NCBI GenBank assembly: GCA_017654855.1
Contig: CM030333.1
Span: 4,278,001 to 4,342,000 of the forward strand
DNA from: Podospora anserina
Taxonomy: Eukaryota
Direction of reading: 5' to 3'
DNA length: 64,000 bases
In this document: one piece after another, positions 26,539 to 37,982 of the stretch
How positions within the stretch are numbered: the stretch's first letter is position 1
How the letters are laid out: every line of letters starts with the position of its first letter
Program-made: the position numbers and the translations under genes
The notes under the pieces: generated by a model
Seen by the model: only the letters and a program-made list of their open reading frames with translations
What the model was told of the DNA's origin: nothing
Database searches by the model: none

Positions 26539-27660
26539 TTAGGCCTTGCGGGAGCGAGTAGAAGTGCCATTGGTCTTGACACCAGTGGCCTTGACGTCCT
26601 TGCCGTGAATGATGGTGCTCGGGTCGGGAAGAGGAGCCTGGGACATTCTGCGGACAGCCTTGCGGCCAGTGGGGCGCTTCCCATCCTTCTTGTAGGTGGC
26701 GAAGTAGAAGGAGATGAAGAGGAAGAGGTAAGAGCTGAGAATACCGATACCGGAGAAGGCAGCAAACTCCTCACCCGCGCACTTGCCGGCGGAGGGCATC
26801 CAGGGCCAGTAAGCCGAAGTGAAGTAAGTGTACGACGCGAAGTAGACGAAGCCTTTGACGCCAAGTTAGTAACCTTGACCAAAGAGGACCGGGAAAGGCC
26901 ATGACTCGAACTTACCAAGATCAATGACGAACTGGATAATCTGGAGACGGGTGATCCACTCCTTCCACCAGATCTTGACGCCACGCGCGCTCTGGAAGTA
27001 GTACCAGTACATGACGACGTGGACGAGGAGGTTGAGGCAGATGACAACCCATGAGACGGCAGTGGAACCGATGAGCTGGGTGTAGCAGAGGAGAGCGGTA
27101 GCGCCGTGGTGGTAGCAGTGAAGGAAGGTGAGAGGCTTCTTCTTGAGGAACAGGAAACAGGTATCCAACAGCTCGAGGTACTTGGTGAGGTAGTTCAACT
27201 GGTTACCGTCAGTACAAAGGCCCAATTCGGCCAGAAGCAGCGGTCAACTCACGTAGTAGAGGACAACCATGGGCTGAGTCCAGCCGCCATCAGCATCGCA
27301 GATGGCAAAGAAGAGACCCTTGCGAACAACAGTGGGAAGCATCTGCTCGATGAAGAGAGCGAGGAGGATGCCGGAAATGGCGGTCAGGTAAAAGTTGTGG
27401 ATCAGGAAGAGCGTCCTGAGCTTGAAGGGCTCGCGGCTGCGCATGTACTCTCGGCCACCAAAGATGATGGCATAGTAGATGACGATGAAGATGCTCGTTT
27501 CCTTCAGGGTAGACATGGGAGTCTGACCGGGCTGGAAGCGGAAGTCATCGGCAGGGTAGCCAACAACTTTCTCGAAGGCCTTGTTGAAGATGGGCCAGAG
27601 GTGGATGCCGAATGGCCGGTCCAACGTTGGGACCGGCAGCTGGTCGAGAATCGAAGCCAT
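26539..27660 (-). CDS. GNS1/SUR4-family very-long-chain fatty acid elongase, ELO2/FEN1-like (exons 27660..27253, 27198..26916, 26852..26539)
   Basis: [30 protein letters not shown] (HxxHH), [23 protein letters not shown]; basic C-terminal tail; second intron uses an AAG acceptor. Confidence 0.94.
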
Positions 27661-27699
27661 TGTGAAGACAAAACGCGATTAAATCTATCGTAAGTTCTC

Positions 27700-27790
27700 C
27701 TGAAGGCGAGGAAGAGCAGTCAGCACGAGGCGTCGGGAGAAGGGGGGAGTACAAAAACACGGTGGACTGGACGGGGTGTTAAGTGCTTAC
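27700..27790 (-). other. Probable 5'-UTR intron of the elongase gene
   Basis: On minus strand: CAG|GTAAGC donor at 27790, GCTGAC branch at 27724-27719, CAG acceptor ending at 27700, 40 nt before the ATG. Confidence 0.6.
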
Positions 27791-29253
27791 CTGTCACGTT
27801 TTTGCTCGGAACACACGGATGGGAACAAGAGAAGGGAAATGCCGGTTCAGCGGCAGCAAACAACCCAAAGAGAAGAAGAGAAAAGAAGAAACGTCGCGAC
27901 ACCCAAGCAGCAGGAACGATTAAGCTGAGTACCTTGGGGATGCGCCGACAAAGAAGGTTTGCGGAAGGTGGTGATGGTGGAAGTCTGGGGCACGGGAAAC
28001 CAAATATTTTCAGAGACTGGACTGCCCTGGCGCAAAAGGGGAACCCGCGAAGAAGGCTAGCCTCAACCACCTTGGCTCATTTCCAGTTCCTGCATGTGAA
28101 GTCTCATTTTCCAGCTGACAATTTTTCTGCCGGCCCAATCATCGCTTGGCATCTCTCGTCTCACCTTCAGCGCCCCACCGACACCTCGACAGACCCCGGA
28201 CCTCGGAATCGAGGAGTGGCCTTGTCCGTGTCCGGTCGAGACTGTCGTTGAAAACCAGAGCAGCGGACAGCCTGCCAAAACCACCTGTTACTTCACCTAA
28301 CGAAACAGTTCGGACACGGAGCCAGACGCTTCATGTGCCAGCACGAGTCGTACGGCATCTTCATGCTCACCGTCACCGCGCTGCCTTCGTCTCGGCGTTG
28401 CCCCCTTTCCACTGCAGACGTTGCCTGACTGAAACCCACATCTCTTGATCTCTCGGCCCTATCGCAGGACGAGCAGGGTGGACACTGCTTCGTTGTCCTG
28501 TTGCCCAGGCCGCCGCCAAATCAACAACAACAAATCCCTCGCCATTGGCCAATTCGCAGTCAGGATCGGCGGGTCGGCGTGCCGTGTGCTTCGAAGGCCG
28601 GAAAGGCCGGATGCCAAGCACACGGAGATTGGACGGCGGCTTGGTTTGCAACCCAACTGTCCCGGTCCCGGTGCCGCCGGTTCCGGGTGTGTTTCGGAGC
28701 TGTCGATGACGTACTTTCATTGCGGGACAAGTGAAAACAAACTTTTGTGATTTCCAAAATAAAGAGAGGCGTGTTGGCGGCGGTTGTAACTTGAGACTAC
28801 CTTGGGAAATTTTCCTTATAAACAAATCACCAAGTCATGATCAATGACATCGACTTGATGCTGACTTGCAGATTATGCTACAACCGAGGCGGCGGCGAGC
28901 TTCAGCCACGGCTCAAACATGGCACAAGCCACACAATGGTTCCGCAGAAAAGCTGGAGAAATCGGTCAATTGAATATCTTTGAATGGCGGGGCCGAGTTT
29001 CAACGGTAAAGCTAGTGGATTAAGCAGAAAGATATGCATAACCGAAGATGGTTCGATTCTATTAGCCGTCATTGGCTGGAATACCGCAACCCACGCACAC
29101 CTCCAAGCTTCTGATCCCGAGTTGACTGCATCAAATCAATCGTAACCAAGCCACTTCCCCGGCCCAGCCCACCGTCGACGTCGAGCTTCCGCTGCCTCCT
29201 CCCGGTCTCGGATCCTGCACAGAAATCCCCTCTCTCTCTTCAGACCATTCACA

Positions 29254-30033
29254 ATGTCGGCCTCTCTCCTCCGCATCGCCGCCCGCGGCACCTCCAGCGC
29301 CTTCTTCCGCACCGTTGTTGCCCGGCCCCAGCCTATCGCTGTGCGCGCTGCCGTCGCCGTCCCCAAGACCTTCAGCACATCGATGCGCATGCGCTCCGAG
29401 CACGCCGAGGAGACCTTTGAGGAGTTTTCTGCTCGGTGAGTGCTGGACTGGCTGTCGAGGGCACCCTGGAAGAGCTTTCGGAAAGCTCTGAAGCTAGCTT
29501 CCTCGACATGACGTGACCCTTGTGCTTGAACCCCATATCTGGGCCTCAGACACCAGCCACAGCTATCTTGATACGGCCCATTGGCTAACATGAAGCTTTA
29601 CACAGCTACGAGAAGGAGTTTGATAGCGTTCAGGATGTCTTTGAGCTCCAGGTATGCCTGCCATCTGCAAGCTTGCCAGCGTGCTCTTGCTAACCCGAAG
29701 CTTTCCCCCACCTTGTAGCGCAACCTGAACAACGCTTTTGCCTACGATCTCGTCCCCTCCCCTGCCGTCCTCGCCGCTGCCCTCAGGGCCGCGAGAAGAG
29801 TCAACGACTTCCCCACTGCCGTCCGCGTTTTCGAGGGTACGATCTGCTCTCCCTTTTTTCCATGCGGGATATTCCTGCCTCGGTAGACAAGATGCTGATA
29901 TTGTGATATAGGCATCAAGGCCAAGGTCGAGAACAAGGGCCAGTACGAGCAGTACCTTGCTGAGCTCAAGCCCCTTCGTGAGGAGCTCGGCATCGAGCTC
30001 AAGGAGGACCTCTACCCCGAGGAGGCTAACTAA
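29254..30033 (+). CDS. COX6: Cytochrome c oxidase subunit VI (yeast Cox6 / mammalian COX5A family) (exons 29254..29435, 29606..29651, 29719..29836, 29912..30033)
   Basis: Mitochondrial presequence followed by EETFEEFSARYEKEFDSVQDVFELQRNLNNAFAYDLVPSPAVLAAALRAARRVNDFPTAVRVFEGIKAKVEN; three canonical introns. Confidence 0.95.
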
Positions 30034-30732
30034 ATGCTCGACTATTCATCGACATACTTTCTTGTTCTTTCACTAGACGACGAATTTAAAAGGCCAACCT
30101 CACACGCTTCACCACACATCCATAGACTGCACAGCTGGCTTGGACACTTTGAAGGCAAAAGCTGGCTGCTGCCGGTTCGGTGTGAGAGTTCATCATTATG
30201 GATACCACTGAAACCCGTCCACCACATCTCATCTCTCTGCCTTGATAGAAAGGAAGGAGATAGATAAAAATCAATGTGTATATTTTCTGTTACGGCTGTG
30301 TTTTTCTTGCATGTAGTATTGCGGTTGTCCCTGCCTCGCCGAAGACAATAAGCTCGGACAACTTTTTGGGGTTCGGACACTGTCGTGGAATTCAAGTTCA
30401 GTCATGATGCACTTGCACCGTAGAGGGAACAGCTAAAAGACTAAGGTCATACGCAGTAACAGGCTCACAGTCATGGCAGGCTTTCAGGGTAGGCACGAGT
30501 ATGTATTTTTCAACCGTTGTCCTCTATCGCGGGCCAACTAACACCAGGTAGTCTCGAAAGACATTTAACACCATACAATATTTAACCTGCATCGGAAACA
30601 TTGATATTGTTCCTTTCCAACATGAACTATTAACCTCATCTTCATAACAGGCCAGCCGCTCTTCTCTTTGCCTCATATCCATCACATCTCCCCTCCAAAT
30701 TTATTATTCCCAGGCTTCCTCTACCCAAAATT

Positions 30733-32289
30733 TCACAACCCAACCATCTCCTCCCCCAAAACAGTAAAATGCCCTCCAGCCCCCGTCCACCCAAACCTGA
30801 CACCCTCCAAACAACCTTTTCTCACACCCACCACCCTCGGCGTCTTGATCTCCTCCTCTTCTCCTCTATGTCCCGTCTGACAACTAGCATTAAACCCCCA
30901 GGTAACCACCCTCCCATCCACCGTAACAGCGACCCCATGCTCCGCCCCCGCCTCGACCCATCTAATCTTGTCGTTTTCCCCCTCCCCCAGCGGCAAGAGC
31001 CTCACCGGACAGGTCACAATCCTCGCCCTACCCCTCCCATCCCTAACCACAAACTCCTCCTCCCATTTTTGTCCCTTTTGTGCTGTCAACGTGTCGATAT
31101 CTACCCCCGTGGCGAAAGAGTCAAGCCTTCCCCAGGAGTAAACACTCCCGTCATCCAACAAGCAAAGGCTATGACTATTTCCTCCGGTTAGATATTTTAT
31201 TCTTCGGCCGTTTAGTATCCCCTCTAGGTTGGTAACCCGGGTTGGTGTCGAAATGAATAACCCCCCCCCATCTTCTCCCCGGTTGGAGACGAGGGCTCCT
31301 GTTTGGGCGTAGTTGTCTAATCCCCAAGCCCACACCTCTCCGTTTTCACCAACGGCAAAACTGTGGTCTGGTCCGGCGGCGATGTCGATGATGTTTTTTA
31401 GTTTTATTTTCCTCGGTGTGACTGCGCAGGAGAGAAGAGAATTTCCGCGTTGGGGAAGACGGCGGCCGAGTTGGCCTTGCTCGCTGCCTAGGCCCCATGT
31501 GTAGACTTGGCCGGTTTTGGTCAGGGCTAGGATGTGGTTACCTCTTGCGGAGATTTTGGTTATGGGTTCAGGCAGGGGGATGGGGAGGGGGGTGCGTTGG
31601 ATGGCGGTTTGGGGGGTGAAGAGAGAGACGCCTTGGGAGGAGCGGGTGCAGCCCCAGCCGTAGATTTGGCCGGTGGTGGAGAGGAGGAAGGTGGCGCTGT
31701 CGCAGGCGGTGATTTGGGTCCATTTTGGGGGGTTTATGTTTGGGAATGGGACGGGGTGGGGGGTGGATTCGAGGGGGTTGATGTCTGGTTCCGAAGAGGT
31801 GGTGGAGGAGTTGTCGTCGTGGAGGGTGAGGTTTTTGAGGTGTTCTTCCAGCCGGGCGGAGCTGGTGTCTCTTCCCAGGGCACCGTTGTCGTTGACGCCC
31901 CAGGTGAGGATTTCGTTTGTGGAGGTGAGGGCGGCGCAGTGCATACCGCCGACGGCGAGTTGGACTACTTTGTTTTTGATTGTGGGAAATGATCCCTTTT
32001 TGAGGGATTTCTCGGATGGTGATGGGCAGGAGAGGAAAGGGTTGAGTGTTGGGACTCTGACGTCTCCGACGCGGTGGTTGGGGCCGAGGCCGAGCTCTGC
32101 ATTGTCGTTGCTTCCTAGGCAGTAGATTCGAAGGTATGGAGTGTTGGCGGGCTCCTCGTCTTGGGCTGCTTGTTGATGAGGTTGTGTTTTGGGCTTTTTG
32201 GAAGGGCGAGAGGCGTTTGCTGGGTCGGCATAGATGATGGATCGTTTGCGGCTAGATCGTCGGGGTGATGTACGGTCACCGTCCATCAT
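30733..32289 (-). CDS. RCC1-repeat beta-propeller protein (Ran GEF Pim1/Srm1-like), apparently intronless
   Basis: Basic N-terminal tail; repeats GSNDNAELGLG, AVGGMHCAAL, TWGVNDNGALGR, GNHILAL, WGLDNYAQTG, GGNSHSL, WGFNASCQTG, AGGHFT. Confidence 0.9.
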   Translation of the reverse strand: MMDGDRTSPRRSSRKRSIIYADPANASRPSKKPKTQPHQQAAQDEEPANTPYLRIYCLGSNDNAELGLGPNHRVGDVRVPTLNPFLSCPSPSEKSLKKGSFPTIKNKVVQLAVGGMHCAALTSTNEILTWGVNDNGALGRDTSSARLEEHLKNLTLHDDNSSTTSSEPDINPLESTPHPVPFPNINPPKWTQITACDSATFLLSTTGQIYGWGCTRSSQGVSLFTPQTAIQRTPLPIPLPEPITKISARGNHILALTKTGQVYTWGLGSEQGQLGRRLPQRGNSLLSCAVTPRKIKLKNIIDIAAGPDHSFAVGENGEVWAWGLDNYAQTGALVSNRGEDGGGLFISTPTRVTNLEGILNGRRIKYLTGGNSHSLCLLDDGSVYSWGRLDSFATGVDIDTLTAQKGQKWEEEFVVRDGRGRARIVTCPVRLLPLGEGENDKIRWVEAGAEHGVAVTVDGRVVTWGFNASCQTGHRGEEEEIKTPRVVGVRKGCLEGVRFGWTGAGGHFTVLGEEMVGL

Positions 32290-33055
32290 TAGCAACTTAA
32301 GGAGGTGGCAAGTGGTTCACAAGATGGGACAGTGGTGGCGTGAATGTGCTGCTAGAGGGAGACTTCAGTCTGGTGCTTGGGAGTGTGAAGAAAGAGAGAA
32401 GTGTGTATGTTTCATGGTGTTCAATGATCAAGAGGACTGGAAATATACAGGATACCTTAAATATTGCTTAAATTTGATGAGAAAACATTGATTACAAAGA
32501 CTAGATTCAAATCTCCCAGGCAAGTAGGCATCCACTGAAAGAGCGAGCATAGAGTGCGATCGTTTGTCTTGTTTGGTTAGGTAGGCGTTCGGATCTACAC
32601 CATGGTGGCAGAGCCTCGGACTCAGGGATCAAATATCGGTTTTGAGCACTGATAATATGCTGTAAACGCAATAAGCTGGTACAATGAGGCCCAGATCAAG
32701 AACTGAGGCTCTCCCAGTCTTAGCAGCGCTCTTTTCACCACACCATTCTGTACATTTTCTAGGTCATTTGATCCCTGTGATCATTCGAAGATATTTGAAG
32801 TCAATAAAGCTGACAAACACTGATTACAAAGACAGGAAGGTTGTGTCAAAAAGAAATAGTCAAAAACCATGCACCCATCCGCCTCCAGCCAATGAGCGTC
32901 CCCCACTTACATGCGCCCATCCTGTTTGGGACTTCATCCAGCAATGTTGCAGTCACCGAGAAAAATCGAGCCCATACGGTTCGGACAGCTTCTGTAGGTA
33001 GGTACCTATCTGGTAGGTTTGGATTTCTGTCTTTTCATTTTGTCTACCTAGGGGT

Positions 33056-33615
33056 CTAAAGCGGCTGAGACCAATGACCATAGCACTCGAGCCATCCGTC
33101 CTGGTTGGACACAAATTCATCTAATGTTTTTCATCAAACCACGCATTAGGACTTCAGAAACATCGTGCTGTCTATGCAGCAGAGAACGGAAACAACTTAC
33201 TTAGATTGATCGTCGAGAAGTAACTCTTGAGATTTCCATCCCGGTCTTTGCAACGGCAGCTCATATAGAACGGCGCTTGCATCCCACATTCCACACACGA
33301 GTCGGCGTACCCGCCCGGAACACTGTGAATGAGGGGTCAGTACCCGGGTAAGTACTTGTGGATGTGGCAAAAACCAAAGCAAACATACACCCCGTCTGTC
33401 TTGAACAGATTGCCATTGAAATTCGAGATACAAGGATTCAGATCCAGCTTTGACCACCTCATGGTGTTGTACGTGGTCTGGCACTGGGCGACCATCCAGC
33501 GCTGCTCGACAATGAAGAAGGTTCCCGAGCAGCTGCTAAACCAGTGTTGGGCGGTGGCATGATCGGCTTCGGCCAGGAATACAGCTGCGGAGCCGAGTAT
33601 GGTGGATAGTTTCAT
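33056..33615 (-). CDS. Small secreted cyanovirin-N homology (CVNH) protein, 137 aa (exons 33615..33389, 33322..33201, 33120..33056)
   Basis: Signal peptide MKLSTILGSAAVFLAEA; two half-repeats FSSCS...AQC...SKLDLNPCISNFNGNL and YADSC...MSCRC...STINLNEFVSNQDGWLEC; GTATGT and GTAAGT introns restore a continuous frame. Confidence 0.85.
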
Positions 33616-34121
33616 GGTGGAAATTATAGAATGTGGAGGTGGGTGGTAAGTTGTGACCAAAGACAGAGAGCAAGTACGGAGAACATCATCTGGCGGCGTT
33701 GTCTCTTATAGCTGAGCAGAATTGTCCAGGAGAGATATCTCATCGAGACCCCTGAGGACTGCCTATTTCCACACATGGTACTACAAGAATTTACAACTCG
33801 CATCGAGTGGCGCTTTCACCAACAGCATCATGAGCTTACGCTCGCTAACGATACTTGGCAACGCAGTAGTGTTGTTGATGCAGTGCACTATCTGCCAACA
33901 GACATGTAAATCCTCAAGACGATGCTACCTTGTTGGCCCAAACTCTTTCCACCACCACGCGCTCGAGATATCACCAGATACAATTCAGGCGGGGCTTCTT
34001 CCAGCCGTGATCCGAATGCCTCCAAGGCGTATCCTGTTCGGAGCGTGGCTGGCAAAGACGTGAACTTTAAAATGAGCTCTCATGTGTCTTCATATGATAC
34101 AACTCTACTCACTATACAAAT

Positions 34122-35764
34122 CTACTCTTGCTGCCCAGGTGCCTCCTCCCCATACACCCAAGTCAAACCCTTCTTGCCCTCCTTTGTCTTCCTCAACAGA
34201 ATTTCGCTCACAACCACCTCAACACCCTGCTTCTGCCTCCTCTCCCTAACAAAATGCTCCAACACCTCCGCTCTGCTCTTGACCTTGCCCTCGGCCACCT
34301 TCTGCTCCACCTCCTCCTCGGTAGGCACGCCAAAGTTCTTGAAAGGATACTTGTCGTACGTCTCCTCGCTCAACAGCTTAAACTTCGGCCCCTTATCATC
34401 CACCAAAAAGAACGAACCCACCAGCTCCTTCCAATCCTTCTTCTCAGTAAACCTCTCCAGGCTCGCCGGCTGCCACATTGGAACCCTCCTGGGCTTCTCC
34501 ACCAACTTAGCCGTAACCCCCTCGTTAAAATCAGGATAAGACATAAACTTGGTCGCAATCGAATGCTCCCTCTTGAACGCCTCAGCAATACTCCACGTCT
34601 TCCCAATCCTCATCTGCTTCAACGTAACATGCACCGACGTCGGGCTCCTCAAATGCAACGTGTTCAGCGTCTTCGTCGCCCACTCCCCCGTAACCTCATT
34701 TTTCTCCTCCTCCCTCAAAGCATGCATAATCTCATCCACCGTGTCAAACCCAAAACACCTATCAATCGCCCTCCTCACCTCCCCCGCAACCGCCATCGGC
34801 TCCTCCCACGGCAGTCCCGTGACAAACTCCTCAATAGTATCATTCACAACCTCCAACCTCCTGCTCATCTGGTCATAGTCCTTAAACCTCAACTCGGCCA
34901 GCCTGCTCTCCAGCGCGTTCAAGCTCGAGCTGTGCAGATAATGCGTCGCAACCCCCGCATAAAAAGCATTCACCCCCTTCAACTGCCCGCTCGTCAGCGC
35001 CAACCAAGTCCCCACCTCCCCCGCCATCCTCGGCAGGAAAAAACTCGCGCCCACGTCGGGAAAAAACCCAATCGTGGTCTCCGGCATAGAAAACACCGTG
35101 TTCTCGGTGGCGATCCTAAAAGGGGCATGAATGCTCAATCCAACCCCACCGCCCATGGTGAACCCGTCCATGAAGGCAATGTATGGCTTGTTGTACGTGG
35201 CGATCAGATGGTTGAGCTTGTACTCTTGGGCAAAGTAGGCAGCCGACTTCGCAGGGCCATCAATGGTAGGGTCTCGGTTCCATTCGACGAGTTGCTGGAC
35301 GTCACCACCCGCGCAAAAGCCCTTTCGGCCGGCACCTTTGATGACGATGACGTTGGCCATGTCGGATTTGGACCACTCGAGGAGGCGGGGTGCGATTTTC
35401 CGGATCATGGACCCGTTGAGGGCGTTGAGCTTGTTGGGGCGGTTGAGCTCGATGGTGCGGAGGCCATAGAGGGATTGGAAGAGGACGTCTTCGGGGTCGT
35501 CGTTGGGGCAGGGGGTGAAGTGGGCGTAGGAGGAGGAGGACATCTGGGAGGTGGGTTATTAGTTTACCAGAATAGTGGTAGTGGTGGTGGTGTCGACACT
35601 CAGACGAAGGGAGGGGAATGTACCATTCGTGATTGTGGTTGCTGCTGAGGCAGCAGCTTAGCTCTGAGGGGCATGGCGGCGGCGGCTCTGAAGATGGAGG
35701 AGCTTGGTCTGGCGGCAGCGCGACATGGAGCCGCTGCTCTGGCAAGAATCGCCTGGGGAAACAT
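34122..35764 (-). CDS. EHD3: Mitochondrial 3-hydroxyisobutyryl-CoA hydrolase (exons 35764..35624, 35543..34122)
   Basis: Arg/Ala-rich presequence MFPQAILARAAAPCRAAAR; LNRPNKLNALN, FCAGGDV, MDGFTMGGGVGLS, MPETTIGFFPDVG, SPTSVHVT, DFNEGV; phase-0 intron. Confidence 0.92.
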
Positions 35765-36131
35765 TTAAAATTGAAGTAAAGGCGATTGCCCTCTGGCGGT
35801 GGACTATGACGGGGAAGGGACCCAGAGTGATAACTGTGCCAACGCCTTTTCTCCCTCGGTTCGGTTCTTCGGTCGTCGTCGTCAAGCTTTCTTCCAACAA
35901 CCACAGCTTTTTGCCAATTGATGACCCGAAGCTGCCCGCGCAAAGCTCAAGCAAGTGTTTCTTTCGGGCCAGGGGGCCCCGGTCAAAAGGTGACGTCGGA
36001 TGAATTTTTCCGCTAACAGCTGGTGGCCAGCTGCCCCTCACTTACAAGCACATCACTTTCTCTTTTTGGACAGTTTCTTCTTATCAATTGTTCATGATGA
36101 TTTCATACACTCATTCTATGTCCCTGAAAAT

Positions 36132-37982
36132 TCAAAGCTTCTCCCACCCGTTCGAATCCTCCTCCAGCTTTTTGATCCCCGTCAAGCCCTGGAAGAAGCT
36201 CGCCAAGCCCCAAGCACCTGGGTCAGGAACTTCCTCAAACCCAGAACCGCCAATGTAGACGGTCCTTCCAAGACTGGCCTTCATCCCCTTGGTGCCTTCA
36301 GCACCAGCAACTGCTGCCTCTGCTGCCTTCTTAACATCTCCTGTCTCCTCAAGAGTGTTGACAAACGGATATAGAGCATCCACAAGTGTGCGATCTCCAG
36401 GCCGAGCTGGTGTGTATTTTGAGAGGGCTTCACAGCTTTGGCGAAGTGCGGCAGCCCAAACCTTGGCTGATGCCTCCTTTTCGCTTTGTGATGTTGTTCT
36501 CAAAGCAGCAACAAGAGCGTTGAGAAAGATGGCGTACAAGGCTCCAGATGTGCCGTCCATTTCCATCTCGACCACTGGGATGATGTTGGCAAGGTCTATC
36601 ACAACGTCGCCAGTCAAGGGCTTGCTCGAGAGGTGGCGCAAGATGGCTGTTGCTGTTAGCGCAATGTTTCAACGTCAAGAAATGGTGATAAACTAACCTT
36701 CAGCACCCCTCTTGAGACCAATACCGCAGTCTCCATCACCAACAATAGTATCATACCGCGTCACATCAGGTTCCGCCGCAACCACCGCCTCCAACCCCCG
36801 AGTGAACACCTCCTGAGCAGCCTTCGCATCGACCCTCAACCCACTCTCGCCTACCTCCTCCCCATTCGATGCATCCTCCTCCCTCGTAGCCTGATTCCTC
36901 TCCTCCCAAGTCAACTTCGATATCTGCGCCGGCCACCCCGTAGCCTCACACTCATCATCCAACAACTCAATCATCCCCGGTCCCCCGATATCCGTATTCA
37001 CCACATTCAACAAACTAACACTAAACCCCAACCCATTCAAGCTCGTCATATACGTCCCACTCAACACCCTCACCGGCTTGATATTCCAGTCCTCACCCAA
37101 CTGCTTCACCACCTCAGCCACAATCCCTCCCAATTCCAGTACACTCACCCCACCCAAGTTATTCACCAACAAAACCACCTCATTCGAATTGACATTCACA
37201 AAACCCCTCTCCTTGTCATTCCTATCCAGCATCATCCTCAGCATCTTTCCCACCAATTGCTTCAGTTCCATTTTCTCCCTCCCCACCCCGGCCTCATTAT
37301 GGATTCCCATCCCAATCTCAACCTCATCCTCCCCCAACTTCTCCCCCTCCTCCTCCTTATTCACCGCCCGTCCCGGTACATGGACCCGCCCAAGACTAGC
37401 CCCAACACTAACCAAATTCCCCGCCACCAACCTCGCCACCTTTGCAACCTCGTCAAGTTTATATCCCCTCTTCGCCAACGCACCCGCAATCTTGACCACC
37501 AAGACCGTTCCCGCCACTCCTCGTCTCCCAACCTTCCCACCCTTTGTCCTCCCCACAGCGGCATCATCCCCCACAATCACCATCTCAACTCTCTTCCCAG
37601 CAGCCTTGGCCTTCTCGACAGCGAGCCCAAAATTGAGGACATCGCCCGTGTAATTCATGACAGTGACCAAGGTTTCGGAACTGGGGGGCAGGCGGGAGAA
37701 GAGGCAAGTGCGGATTTGCTCTGCGGAGGGGGAGGCAAAGATTGTGCCTGATACGGCGGCCGATAAGAGGCCGGTGCCGACGAAGCCGGAGAAGGAGGGT
37801 TCATGGCCTGCGCCGCCGCCCGAGACGAGATGGACGCGTTGGGAGGAGGATTTGGAGGAGGGGCGGAGGTAAAGGATTTTGTTTTGGGAGTCGAGGGCTA
37901 GGGAGGGGTTGGTGAGGGTTTGGGAGTGGAGGGAGGTAAGGAGGAGGTGGGTGGGGTTGGGGTCGAAGTGTTTGGAGGACAT
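36132..37982 (-). CDS. DAK1: Dihydroxyacetone kinase, Dak1+Dak2 domains (exons 37982..36698, 36646..36132); possible upstream start at 38414
   Basis: MSSKHF start typical of fungal DAKs; SGGGAGHEP, IFASPS, NYTGDVLNFG, GRRGVAG, GMGIHNE, VGDGDCG, MDGTSGALY, GDRTLVDAL, PDPGAWG. Confidence 0.93.

Noticed and set aside
28831..28868. CAAGTCA...TGACTTG stem with a CTGA box, resembling a C/D snoRNA
   Set aside because: Under 40 nt and no properly placed RUGAUGA C box
34128..35648. 506-aa plus-strand ORF
   Set aside because: Antisense shadow of EHD3 produced by codon bias; low-complexity L/P/H/R translation with no family motifs
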